Assembly (NCBI RefSeq): GCF_009914755.1
Contig: NC_060926.1
DNA from: the human T2T-CHM13v2.0 reference genome, Homo sapiens
DNA: 64,000 nt
Direction: 5' to 3' (one strand)
The notes beneath the pieces were generated by a model, which had not been told where the DNA came from, did no database searches, and was given only the letters and a program-made list of their open reading frames with translations. The position numbers and the translations under genes are program-made. Positions within the stretch are counted from its first letter, which is position 1. The number at the start of each line of letters is the position of its first letter. Below, piece after piece: positions 50,488 to 64,000 of this stretch.

Positions 50488-53400
50488 TTTATGAATTCTT
50501 TTTCCATCTCATAATAAATATTCCCTCATCTACAGTTAGAAACTGATTGCTGCCTTACATGGTGCTATACTGTTCATCAATGTTGCATTCATTCATACAT
50601 GGATCATATAAAGTGACTACCCATAGTCCCCTGGTTTGTGCAAGAATTCACACAGCTGACTAGATTCTGTTTGGACACAGCTCTGCCTTTGAGAGATCTT
50701 TTCCACAAGGCAGAATAAACAAATGCCCATGATGTAATCCACTAGACACAGTGTGCCAAAGAAATAGGCTATGTCCTGCTGCCAAAATAAACTCCAAAAG
50801 TATGGAATACATGTTTCCCATCTACCCCTTCCAGGATACAAAGGTAAACTTTTCTTTTCTGTTTTCATTCTGAACATTGAAATGGCCCAGCTGGTTCTAA
50901 AGCTTTCCTGGGACCTCCCTGACACGCACCCCTAACACACATACCCCACACACAATTTAATTGAAGTAAATCTTCTAGAAAACTCCAAGTCTCTCGCAAC
51001 CATCCACTTAAAATATATAATTTCTAAAGGACAGCCAGACTATTACCCTCTAAAAAACCATTTTCACAAATCCGGTATGACTAAAATAAGGGGCAGACAT
51101 GGAATCCACAGAACATGGGCTTCACAAGGGACCCCAACATGTGATCTAACAGTGACAGCAGAAGAGGAGACTGCCCCCATAAACAGGCCAAAACCCTCTG
51201 CTACCCAGACCAACTTCCCCATGACTATGCTGGTGTTCACAGTGATAAGGCCACTATACAGGACTTGCAGGACCCTGTATTCTACTGGATTTACAATAAC
51301 AGTGCTATGTTTCCTGCTACACATCAGTAAGGCTTCAAAACTGAGAGCTGGGAAAAGTGAAATCCATTCTGGGTGTTAAACCCACTGAATTACCTGCTAC
51401 TTACTATTCCTAACAGCATGTGAGCTGATCTAGTTATTCAGTTGTGACCCTAGAAAATGTGTTCAATTGTATGAGCCTCAAAGCTATGTGTAGCCAAGTT
51501 TGGCCTGTTTGGCTTCGGGGAAAAGAGAGGGAGGCAGGAAGAAATCCGGCCAACATTTATTGAGTGCTTACTTTTGTCTTGATCAATGTGGGATGAGGAA
51601 GCGGTGAAAGGTGGGAAATGTAAGGACATGCGGTTCTTCCCTTGAGTCACCCGCTCTCTTAGGATGGGGATTGGCCTCTACACAAACAACGCTGACAGCA
51701 GAGGAGAGCAAAGACAGGAGGGAAGGGCAGGCAAGGCCCTGCAAAGCCAGAAAGAAAGGCAGAGACAGGACAGCAGAGGACTGTGATAACAAATGAGCCA
51801 CTCAATATCAGTAAAGAAATGACCTTATCCTTGATGCTGCTCATTCAAGGCAAATTTTATATTCAGCCACTTTGTTCTAGGCAGACGCTTGCTTGCACAT
51901 TCTAAGTAACAACAAACCTCCAATGCCTCTTTTGACCCTTAACTTTTAAAATTGCTGCTGTCGACACTGAGGGGCTATCAGTGAGCCATAGTATTCGTAT
52001 GTCTTGTCTACAACCAGAACCAAATGGTTTCAAAAAAAATGGAGAGATTTCTCACCCCATCCCTGCCAACTGCTGGGTAACCAAACCCCTCCAACTTACT
52101 TTCATGTTATCCTCAAGAATAATGATAGATGAGGCTAAGAGAGACGTTGAAGGTAAACAAGACTCCTGTAGTCCTTTTGGTTCATTCCTTCAACAATATT
52201 CATATTAGCAGACAGAAAGATGAACAAGACATCCTCAAGGAGCTCCCAGTCTAACAGGGGAAGAGGACACACAAACAGATCATCAAAATAAGAGAGTAAC
52301 AATGGCCAGCATCGAGTGCTGCCATGTGCTGGCCTACATATATAACTTGTTTTATCACCAGACTTTCATCATTCACATTTTATAAATGAGAAAACTTTGG
52401 CATAGATGGGAAACTGCTGGAATTCAAACCAAGGAAGTCTCCAGAGGCACGCTTCTACATGGCCCCCTTGCGCTCCAATCCCACACTCCCCACTTCTGCA
52501 TGCACCTTCTGCCACCTCCTCCCAGCAAATCTCCCGGAACTGCATATACCTTTTTCCTTTTCTTTGCCCCTGATTGCCATAAACCCACCTAGATGGCTAT
52601 AAGAGGGAACAGTGAGGTTGTGTTATGTGACTGGGTTTGGTGCTATGGGTACAACACAGCTGCTTGTCTTCTTCACTTTTTTAAAAACTCAGACCTTGGA
52701 CCGTGGCCAGTGCAAACCATGCCTGACTCAGTAGAGCCAGAAATACAAGAACAAATAGAGTGAAAACCTTTAGATGTAGCTGTAAGCCATTTATCAAGAG
52801 TGAGAGGAGGAACATGTCAGTTAATAATATCAAGACCTTGAATTCACTTACGTTTTGCCCCAAAGTATTGTCGTATGCCATACACAAATATACTCACTCT
52901 GGTCTTCAAAAATAGGAGAAGGGAGCCTTGGCTTTCACTTCTGAATGAATGGATTCTAAGGCTATTTTAACGTTTACCTGGGTAAACTGACAGTCTAATT
53001 AAAACTACTATTTACTTTGGTGTACGACTTTCTACCTTCCCAAAATTCCTAACACACACTTCATTTCACACCCACAAAAATCTCATGAAGCAGATCTTAC
53101 CACATTTCATAGCTAAGGAAGCTGAAGTTTCGAGATTTTTCAAGACAAAAACAAAAATTACTTAAATATGCTTTTTCTACAAAACATGATTCTATAAAAC
53201 ATAATTTTTCTACAAAACAGTTACCTTGATTTGCAAAACAAACTATTAGAGTTTACAGGCCAACACTGAGAGAAACCATTTTTTTGGAACTGTTTAAAAA
53301 AATGAAACAACCACACATCTTCTCAACCTAAGTAGCTTTTAAGACTGCTTAATAGCAATCACTCCAGTGGGCTTCCTAACCTCACATTTTAGCCCCGTTC

Positions 53401-53929
53401 ACAGTGGGCTTCCTGGTGTTGAAAAGAAACACTGCATCTTAATTTCTGCATAATTGTGACCTGACATTTGACTGGTTGTACTATTTCTACTTGCAGCTGT
53501 AGACGTTTGGGTTTAAAGTGAAACAAACCACTTGATATACTGAAGAGTTTAAATTCTCCAACTGCTAAAGCTAAGAGCTTATCCACCTAGACCTGTGGCC
53601 TACCAATTCTCACAGTTGAAAACACTTGAGGAAAAACCCTCTCTTGAGGGGGAAAAAAAAAAAAAACTTCATGATTCAACTGTAAAGCTGGGTGGTCACT
53701 AAATGCACTGAGGGCTTCCATGACAGTTTCACACCTAAATAATGTAGGGTAAAGGAGGAGAGGAAAGACCTATTTAACTCGTAGCTCTTCCTCCCAGCAG
53801 AGCCACATCACATGGCAAAAGCTGCATGGACTTTGAAATCTAACATAACTCCCCTGCTTAACAACTTTTCGGCCTCCTCAACTATTAAATATTACAAGAA
53901 AAACAATACCCACCAAAGAAGTTGTTGGG

Positions 53930-54665
<736 letters not shown>

Positions 54666-54675
54666 AAATCGGGAG

Positions 54676-55011
54676 TTTTTTTTTTATTATTATTATACTT
54701 TAAGTTTTAGGGTACATGTGCACAACGTGCAGGTTTGTTACATATGTATACATGTGCCATGTTGGTGTGCTGCACCCATTAACTTCTCATTTACATTAGG
54801 TATATCTCCTAAAGCTATCCCTCCCCCCTCCCCCGACACCACAACAGGCCCCGGTGTGTGATGTTCCCCTTCCTGTGTCCATGTGTCCTCATTGTTCAAT
54901 TCCCACCTATAAGTGAGAACATGGGGTGTTTGGTTTTTTGTCCTTGCGATAGTTTGCTGAGAATGATGATTTCCAGCTTCATCCATGTCCCTACAAAGGA
55001 CATGAACTCAT
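54676..55011 (-). mobile_element. Young L1PA 3' end (~335 bp, 5'-truncated)
   Basis: ttattatactttaagttttagggtacatgtgcacaacgtgcagg...ggacatgaactcat. Confidence 0.92.
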
Positions 55012-58000
55012 AGAAATTGGGGGATTTTTAAAGCCCCTGACAAAATAGACATTCAAAAATTGGCACCCTTCTTTCCAGCCTGGCGTTGCCATTGCCTGCC
55101 ATATGACTTTGGGTAAGGTATGTACCTCTCTCAAGCATAAGCTCCATATCTATAAAATGAGGAGGCTGGCATTATGGATTCTAAAGGCCTCTTAACTAAT
55201 GCTCTCTGCTCTTCACCCTGTTGATGCCTTTTCTTTTCCAACACCTATGTTTTGCATTTTAGAATTATCACAACAGCCTTCTGCCAGAACAGGCTGGGTT
55301 TTTCTTCTGTCTTCCTTCCATCTTTCTATTTTTTTCTACAAGTATCTCTACCAAATAGCTCTGAAAGAATTTTTAATGATATCATAGCATAGCTATACTT
55401 TATGCACATTAAGGGAAAAGATGGACCTCATTAGCTGAGTTGATTCCCTACCTCCCCCACTTCAATTCTTGGGGTAAAAAAAAGCAGTCTTAAGGGTTTT
55501 TAGACATGCTTACGAAATCCAAAATATCCAATCCAATCCTGGGAAGCAGGCTAAAATACACTTGACCTTCCCTGGAAGTGGGGTAAGGAAGCATGTAATG
55601 TTCCACGGAAAGTAAACCACTAGAAGAAAAACACAATTTTAAGATATCAAGGAGACTTAGGGCTCCTTTGTCATCCTCATTTATTCAAAAGAGGATTTTA
55701 GAGTCCAAAGGAATGAAGTTTTTTGCCTGATTGATCAATGAATCCACACAGTCAGAAGTGATACCTAGTAATACAGTGATCTCACTTTAATTTAAAAGGG
55801 GAGAGTGTACCCTGTCTCGTGGTTGCTTTTACTGTAACAGAAACAGCATCAGACATGATCTCTAGAACTGTAATTGTGCCAATGTGATTGTGGGATTATA
55901 GGTGACATTGGGCACACTGCTACATTTTTTTACATCTCATTTTCCATATAGCCAAAGAGGTTATAATAATACTGACCTCCTCTTGGGACTATTAGAGGAA
56001 TCAAAAGTATAATAAAATGTGTCAAAGAACTTTCAAAGCATAAAGCCTTTTACAAATATAAAATGCTTTCTTATTAGCTATGCACATATCTACCTTTTGC
56101 CAGTTAAATGAGGTCAGGCTGGCTCCCCACAGGCTTGCGCCCCACTTTAAATGGAAATTAAAACATACCCTGCCCATGGGTTCACACTCCAATCACCTAC
56201 ACCGGCTTCTTTTGAACATCATTAAGCAGACAACTTGAAATGTATCATTCTTTCTTTTGAAACCTGCTCATCACCTGACCATCCAGAATAGCACCTCAGG
56301 AACAAAAGGTTTAAAACATGAACAAAATCTTCCAAAACCCAAGGTAATTTTAACAGAAGCCAGGGAATACTTGATATATATACCCTCTCCTCTCTCTTGA
56401 AACTTAAATGACAAGTGCCCAACTACGCATGCTGAAAAGAAGACTTTGCTTTGAAATATTCCCCAGGGACTAATGTCTTCATACAAAACAAGGCCAGAAC
56501 ATGCCATGATTTGAAAACATTTACAGTTGGCTTTGAGGAGAGCCGGTCTTGTTGTTGAGACAGCACTGGTGTAATAGAAAAAGCAGGGGCCTGGGAGCTA
56601 ATTATCTTAGTGCTAGGCCTTGGCTTTGCCATTTTCTCAGACCACTTACTTATTTTGAGCCCCCTGAAGTCATGTAATGTAGCTCTGCCGCAATATCATT
56701 GCAAGGATTAAGCTGCATACACTCAAACTCAGCAAAGGATTAAATTGCATACACCTAAACTCAGTGGACTTCAGACGTTCACTGATTTAGATTTAGAGTG
56801 GATCTGAGCAGTCTCGAGTTTTTAAAAGAACCCCAGACAATTCTTATGCAGCCAGAAAAAAAACAAACAAACAAACAAAAAAAAAACATTGCCAAGGAAG
56901 CTGGCTACGCCTCATCAGCCTCAGATGGTGAGGAATGGGAGGGAGGCAGGGAACAGAGACCAAGTCCCAGCAGCCTACCAGCGTCCCAGCTCACTGTCTC
57001 CTCAGGCTCTCTCAAGCCCCTCAATTCTAGAGAGGGCCACCTTTACAGGTACAGCTTTCTCTTCACTCTGGATAACCACTCAGCACCGTGCATATCCTGG
57101 CTCTTGTCCACTTAGAATAGACCAGCAGATGTTAAAGCTCAAGCTGCATCAAACACTTCCTTTAGCACAATAGTATTCTCCCTGCCAAGCTTTCTTATCC
57201 TCCCTCACAACCCCCAGGTTCCCAAGATATACATGAAAAAGAACCCCCATCTCCAGGCCTGACTTTGGACTATTTACCTGCATGCAAACACTTTCCCAAC
57301 TCTAAGTCTTCCCACCCAGTTCTCTCTACCAGCAAGCCCTTACCATCCGTCAAAACCCTACCTGTCCTTGAAGGTCCAGATTAAATGAAGCCTTCTAAGC
57401 TTTTTCCCCCCAGTGGAAAAAGTGTTACCTCCTTTTTTCCACTTGACCTTAAGATCGAGGACTACCTTTTTTAATCTTTGTGCCTTTGGGGCAACTAGCA
57501 CAGTGATATGCACATGAGAGTTGCTTAATAAAGATTTGCTCAGTTTGCAAATTATGAGACATATTAAAACAAGAAAAGTCTCATTGCAATGGGAGGCAGC
57601 TATAGAGGAAGAGAGAAAAAAGCTAAATAAGAAAAAAAGAAGGTACCACCCCCATTCTCCCAGTTATAGTCAGCAATTACCTCAATTATCTCTAGATTAT
57701 GTACAATGAGGATTCACTCATTTCAAAAATTAAAATTTCATCTCCAAATCATGTTGACCAAATTAAGACATATGAGGCATAAAAATAGCCTGTTTACAAA
57801 GTTCGTTTTTTTGTTTTGTGTACAAAGCTCATTGTCCTACTCCATGCAACCTGATATTAAGCAGGACTTTAACCATCAGATGATGTTTATGAGTGAACAT
57901 ATCTAAGTCAATACTGTAAGTGTGCACAATTTTAATCCATATGTTTACCTAATTCTCATGCTCACACGGATGGTTAAATACTAAGTACATCAGGACCCCA

Positions 58001-58013
58001 GGAAACAGCCCAT

Positions 58014-58507
58014 GGTTGTGCTGGACCCCTACTAACTTCAATAGGGATGGCACCAGTTTCAAAAGGACAAATAGGAGACCAAGAGCCAGCAAACAAGGCA
58101 TGGGGTTTATTGAGGGAAACTTACATATGGGAATGGCCCAGAGGTGGTAGGCTGGACAGGAGAACTGCCATTCTGCAGAAAACATGCAGATTATATAGCA
58201 TTTTTACTTAACACCCTCCCCTAACAACCTCCACCTGGCAATTTTCATTTACCCAAAAACAAAAGGCCTCAATCCCCTGTACAGCCCACATTCCACAGGA
58301 CTGTCCAAAGGCTTAGGCGTTCCTCATCAGTAAAGAATGACCCTCTGGGTTAGCCACTCCTGGATTCCTCAGCTCAAAACTCTAAACACACATTCCAGTG
58401 TGTCTGCCATAAAGGGTCATTCTCAGCGTAGGCTTAAGTTATATACTGAATTGGCGTAGGCCATGACCTTAAGTTAAATTATTGCTGTCAGGTGCATCTG
58501 CCATACA
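58014..58507 (-). mobile_element. Solo LTR47-like LTR (same family as the 7.2-9.6 kb provirus)
   Basis: shares gacccctaYtaacttcaatagg, tatagcatttt, ccacctggcaa and gggtcattctca blocks and the cataca end with the proviral LTRs. Confidence 0.78.
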
Positions 58508-58950
58508 ACCACCTCAAACTGAATTGCCAAGGGAAAAAGGTCAAGCCATTCATTAATTCAGCAAATCTGCATTTAGCACCTACCATGTACCAGCATAATC
58601 ATGAATCACTGCAGGAGTGGGGCCGCCATCTAAGAGAAGCATCCTGATCGTGACCAAGGTGTTCAAGGTCATGGCCTACATCAATTCAGTACATACAACC
58701 ATGAAGTCGTTAGGTAAGTATTCACCAACATTTTTCAGATATATGAGGCTTATTTTCTGTTACAAACATATGATGGAAGCAAGTCTCTCGATAAATTTGG
58801 CCACACGCATACTAACATTTATCATCAAGTAATCACAAAATCTTCCACACACTCTGCTCTATCTGCTCACTGACATCCCGTGGGTTCATCATTTTAGGTA
58901 ATCCAATGTGGCTTGAAAGATTCACCTGTTATGAATGAAACACTTATCTG

Positions 58951-59120
58951 CAGGGGTTGACAAACTTCTATCCATGAACCAAAGACCAGCCCTGCCTGTA
59001 CATATTGTCCATGGCTGCTTTCATGGGACAAGGCAGAATTGAGTAATTGGAAAAGAGACCATTTGACTGGCACAGCATAAAATATTAACTATCCTATCCC
59101 TTATTGAAAAAGACTGCAAT
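58951..59120. mobile_element. MER58A fragment
   Basis: caggggttgacaaact...catattgtccatggctgctttc...aaaatattaactatc. Confidence 0.6.
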
Positions 59121-60403
59121 CTTGTACATTCTAGTAAAAGAAGGGACCGGGAATGGACATTTGGTTGGCCAACCAGCAATGCTTGCTACACAGATCACCT
59201 AATCATCCCACCTTGTCTCAATCGCATTTATTGTTATTGTTAAAAACTGCAACCATAAACATCATAAGGCAATGGAAATAATTCCTGATCATTACACAGC
59301 ATAGTTTTACTTTTAAAAAGGTTTTTTTTTCCACATTTACAAAAATCTGCTTTCTTTCCTTACTGCAATCTTTTGAGGCAGAGGTTCTCTGATAGATGAG
59401 GAAACTGAGTGCAGGAGTGGCTGAGTGACTTGCCTAAAGTTGTGAAGTTGGTTAGTAGCAGAGCTGGAATGACCTGATTCTAATAACTGCTCCTGTGTGG
59501 CCGGGGCATGAGTAAGTCACGACAAAGCTCTCAGCCCAGACCTCTTTCTATTGGCTTTTTGTCCAAATGCTAAAATGGTTACTCTTCCAAGTCCTGGGGC
59601 CTTGGCATCTTGACAGATGAGTTAGAATGTGTGATCTGGGTCCAGCATGTCCTTCAGGCTTCCCACACTGTCTCTGGTCACAGGTGATGAGGCATCAGAT
59701 AATGAGATCTCCCTAGAGGGCTCGCTAGATTGTTATACCTTATTTGTAAAAGGGTACAGAGTATCTTTAAAGAATTTTAACTGATTCATACTTCTTTAAT
59801 AACACTAATTTCACCAAAAAGAGCCCTTTACATACGTCAATTAGGCTAATAAACAAGTCACTAATTTCACCTGTTATACCTCATTCCTAACATCTATTAT
59901 TCTAATCAGCAAATCCTCTAGGGTTGATCAAAAATAAGTATAGCAGAAGTCCCCAGTAGCCCCATCTGGAGTATGGCTTTTTCTGATTAATTGTTAGCCG
60001 GACACTCCTGGAGCATGAACTTCTGATTAGGGCCACTGGTTTCCCCCAAACATACAGCTTAAACTCACACACATTCTTACTGTTATCCAATCTACACTAA
60101 AGTATGTAAAGTGAATTACAGACACTGTAACACACTGACATCAACATTTACAGTAAAACATGTTATAATATTCTCAAGTCACCAGGACTTGGTTCTAGCC
60201 ACATTTGTAATTCCTCTATGTGCAGGCATTTTACTGAATCACAGCTTCAAATACCTTCTGATAGCTTCTATCAGTTCTCTAAAATTCAGTCCCACTTACT
60301 GAAAATGTAATGTAACTAATGCACAGCATCCCTAATTATAAAGCAGGGCTGACCATGGAAAAGGCATCGGACTCTTTTGCTACTGTAGTTTTAAACAAAT
60401 TTA

Positions 60404-60703
<300 letters not shown>

Positions 60704-61162
60704 TCAATCCCCCATGGATGATAAAGGAATTTGCCTCATGTATTAAGTCCTGAACCACAAACAGGAATATGCCTCCTTATTACATTTCGACCAGGGCGTA
60801 TTTAGAGCTAGTGTCAGTAAGTACTTTTCTTTGCAAATAGGCCAGTAGGTTTTCCGAAGGGCAGAAAAAAAAATTTCTGCATTAATAAAAACAAAATAAA
60901 GAAGTTAATTCTTAAATATCACTGTTAAGAAACATGGAATTAAAACAAGAAGGTTAATATTCTAAGTCTCACTTTCTTATCTCGGGATTCTATTAATTTC
61001 ACTTTTCCCATTTACCATGAACTAAATATGTGGCTTTTTAAAAAATTCCAGAAACAATATTCCCAGTCCTTTCTAATTAGAAGCCTCCAAAGTAAAATGA
61101 GAACAGTGGGAAAGTCTCTTCCTCATTTCAGCAAGCCACTGCTCACTGAGACTCCCCTGTGG

Positions 61163-61930
<768 letters not shown>

Positions 61931-63425
61931 TCTTGTAATACAGCGCTTCTCATTGAAAATACAAGGGAGATAATTTTTTACCTAGAATTTTCCATGTTTC
62001 CCATCGGCCAGTAAGGAAGACATGCTGCAGTAGTCAAAGCATTGTTTTAAAATATGTTGATACTCACATATAAATAGACGAGAAATAACAAAGCCAAGTG
62101 TCAATTTCCCAGCTCTAAATTTGCACTTAATACTGCACAAAATTCCACTCTGTTCCTTTTGCTGACACTGAAAATGAAATCCACAGACAGAACACAAACA
62201 GACGGAGTCCTAGGCATTATTTCTGCAGCCACATCTCAGCGGACTTCCAATTGAGAGATGCTTTTAAAATGCCCTTGAAGGAGAGACCCCCCACCAAGAG
62301 ATCAGAGGTTTTTGTTTGTTTTCCTCCGGCTACGCCACTGCCTCAGGCATGCACCTAATGGTCTCTTAAGTGATCATTAGGAGCCTTGTTAAAATTCCTC
62401 TAGCACTTTTAGCAATTAGTCATTAATTGGAGTTGCCACTTCAGACCCTTCTTAATTGCTACTCCTGAGAGAGGAGCTCTGTGGGGACAAGTGGGCGAAG
62501 CAGGTGACTTCCTGCAGTGGGTCATTCAGTAGAAAACATGGCGTCCTGTTTTCCTGCGGCTGCATCTCCAGTACTCTTACCTTAGTCCAGGTCATCCTAC
62601 CCCGGCCACACAAGCCATGCCTGCACAATAAGAAACTTGCTTTAACAAATACTCTGGAGCCTGTCCTTGGGTTCGTTGTTGTTATTGTTGTTATATTATA
62701 ATAACAAGAGCATTTAAAGTACTATACAGTTTACAAAGAACTTCATACATACGATCTTATATAATTTCAACACCATTTTACAGATGAGTATACTGAGACT
62801 CAAGATGGTGAAGAGACTGGCCCAAACCCACACAACTTGTAAGTTGCCAGCATGCACCCAGCCAGCTCCACAGCCCCAGGCTGGCCAGCTTCAAAGCCAG
62901 TGCTCTGTTCACCTCGTTGCACTGCTTCCCAGCAAAAAGGCCCCCTGCTGAGTACAGTCAGCTGTCTCCAGATTTTGAGCATCTTTAGAGACACGGTCCA
63001 GATACACTGATCTGCCACTTCTCTAGAGATCGATAGCCTGCAGTTATGGGACTGCACCAATGTTCTTCATAGGTAGAACAAAGAGCTCATTTTTGTTTAG
63101 TGAAAAATCTTGATGGACTCTCACAAATGAAGGATGGATGCCCAGGGAGCATGCTCTGGCTGAGCTGAAAGGAACTAAGGAAAGGAGAAGAGAAGAAAGG
63201 TAGGATTCAATATCCAAACACATAATACAAAACGAGCCCCAGAGAGAAGAGCTGAGAGAAAGATAGTTCAGCCTCCGTGCAGCAGAGGATAAATAAACGC
63301 TATTGGGGTGAGAATAGCTTAGAGATTTAAAGAACAGATATTAATCAGTTTTAAGTTGTTTGCTTTTCTGTGATGGGATACTATCCCCAGCACCAGACTA
63401 TGGTAAGGTAAGAGAGGTGCCTAGG

Positions 63426-63724
<299 letters not shown>

Positions 63725-64000
63725 AGAGTAGTACCTAGGCTGCAAAATTTTAGGAGGTGCTCACTCTTAAGGTTGTACGGTACTTGCCTCACCCTGGTCC
63801 TAGCTGGGTCATCCCCCGCAGGGCCTCAAAGCTTAGGTAAAGTCTGAAATACACACAGCCCTGTGGAGGCAATATTTTGAGAGCGAGAAAGAATTAGAGC
63901 AGTAACCAGCACCAAGTGATAAGATTTATAATAGGATTATATACTGTTTGGTATATACTTAATTTGGTAATATGAATCATAAACTGAAATAATTAAACAA

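Noticed and set aside
52890-52925. Possible 6-nt minus-strand microexon (gaag|accaga|gtgagt)
   Set aside because: No supporting context; shows how often such patterns arise by chance.

Overview
Primate (catarrhine/hominoid-type: AluY/AluS/AluJ, young L1PA, LTR12, THE1, MER41) non-coding DNA, intronic or intergenic, dense in transposable elements. I found no credible host protein-coding exon, RNA gene or CRISPR array, and I cannot name the locus. Almost all ORFs in the supplied track are chance ORFs or repeat-derived. Structures supported directly by the sequence: (1) an internally deleted two-LTR ERVL-class provirus (LTR47-like) with integrase and dUTPase-like remnants, itself carrying a THE1 and sitting inside an MLT1; (2) a four-element nested MaLR LTR cluster; (3) a 5'-inverted (twin-primed) L1PA whose junction creates a 252-aa chimeric ORF containing the ORF2p C-terminal Cys-rich domain; (4) a MER41B LTR with one TTC-N3-GAA and one TTC-N4-GAA STAT site; (5) an LTR12 solo LTR with 8 CCAAT boxes and an unexplained ~150-bp 5' segment; (6) three Alus inserted serially at one target; (7) several perfect palindromes and tandem duplications. 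Repeat subfamily names come from my recollection of consensus sequences and need RepeatMasker/Dfam confirmation; boundaries without a stated TSD are approximate. I see no evidence for a wholly new biological system, only candidate exapted regulatory or chimeric elements.
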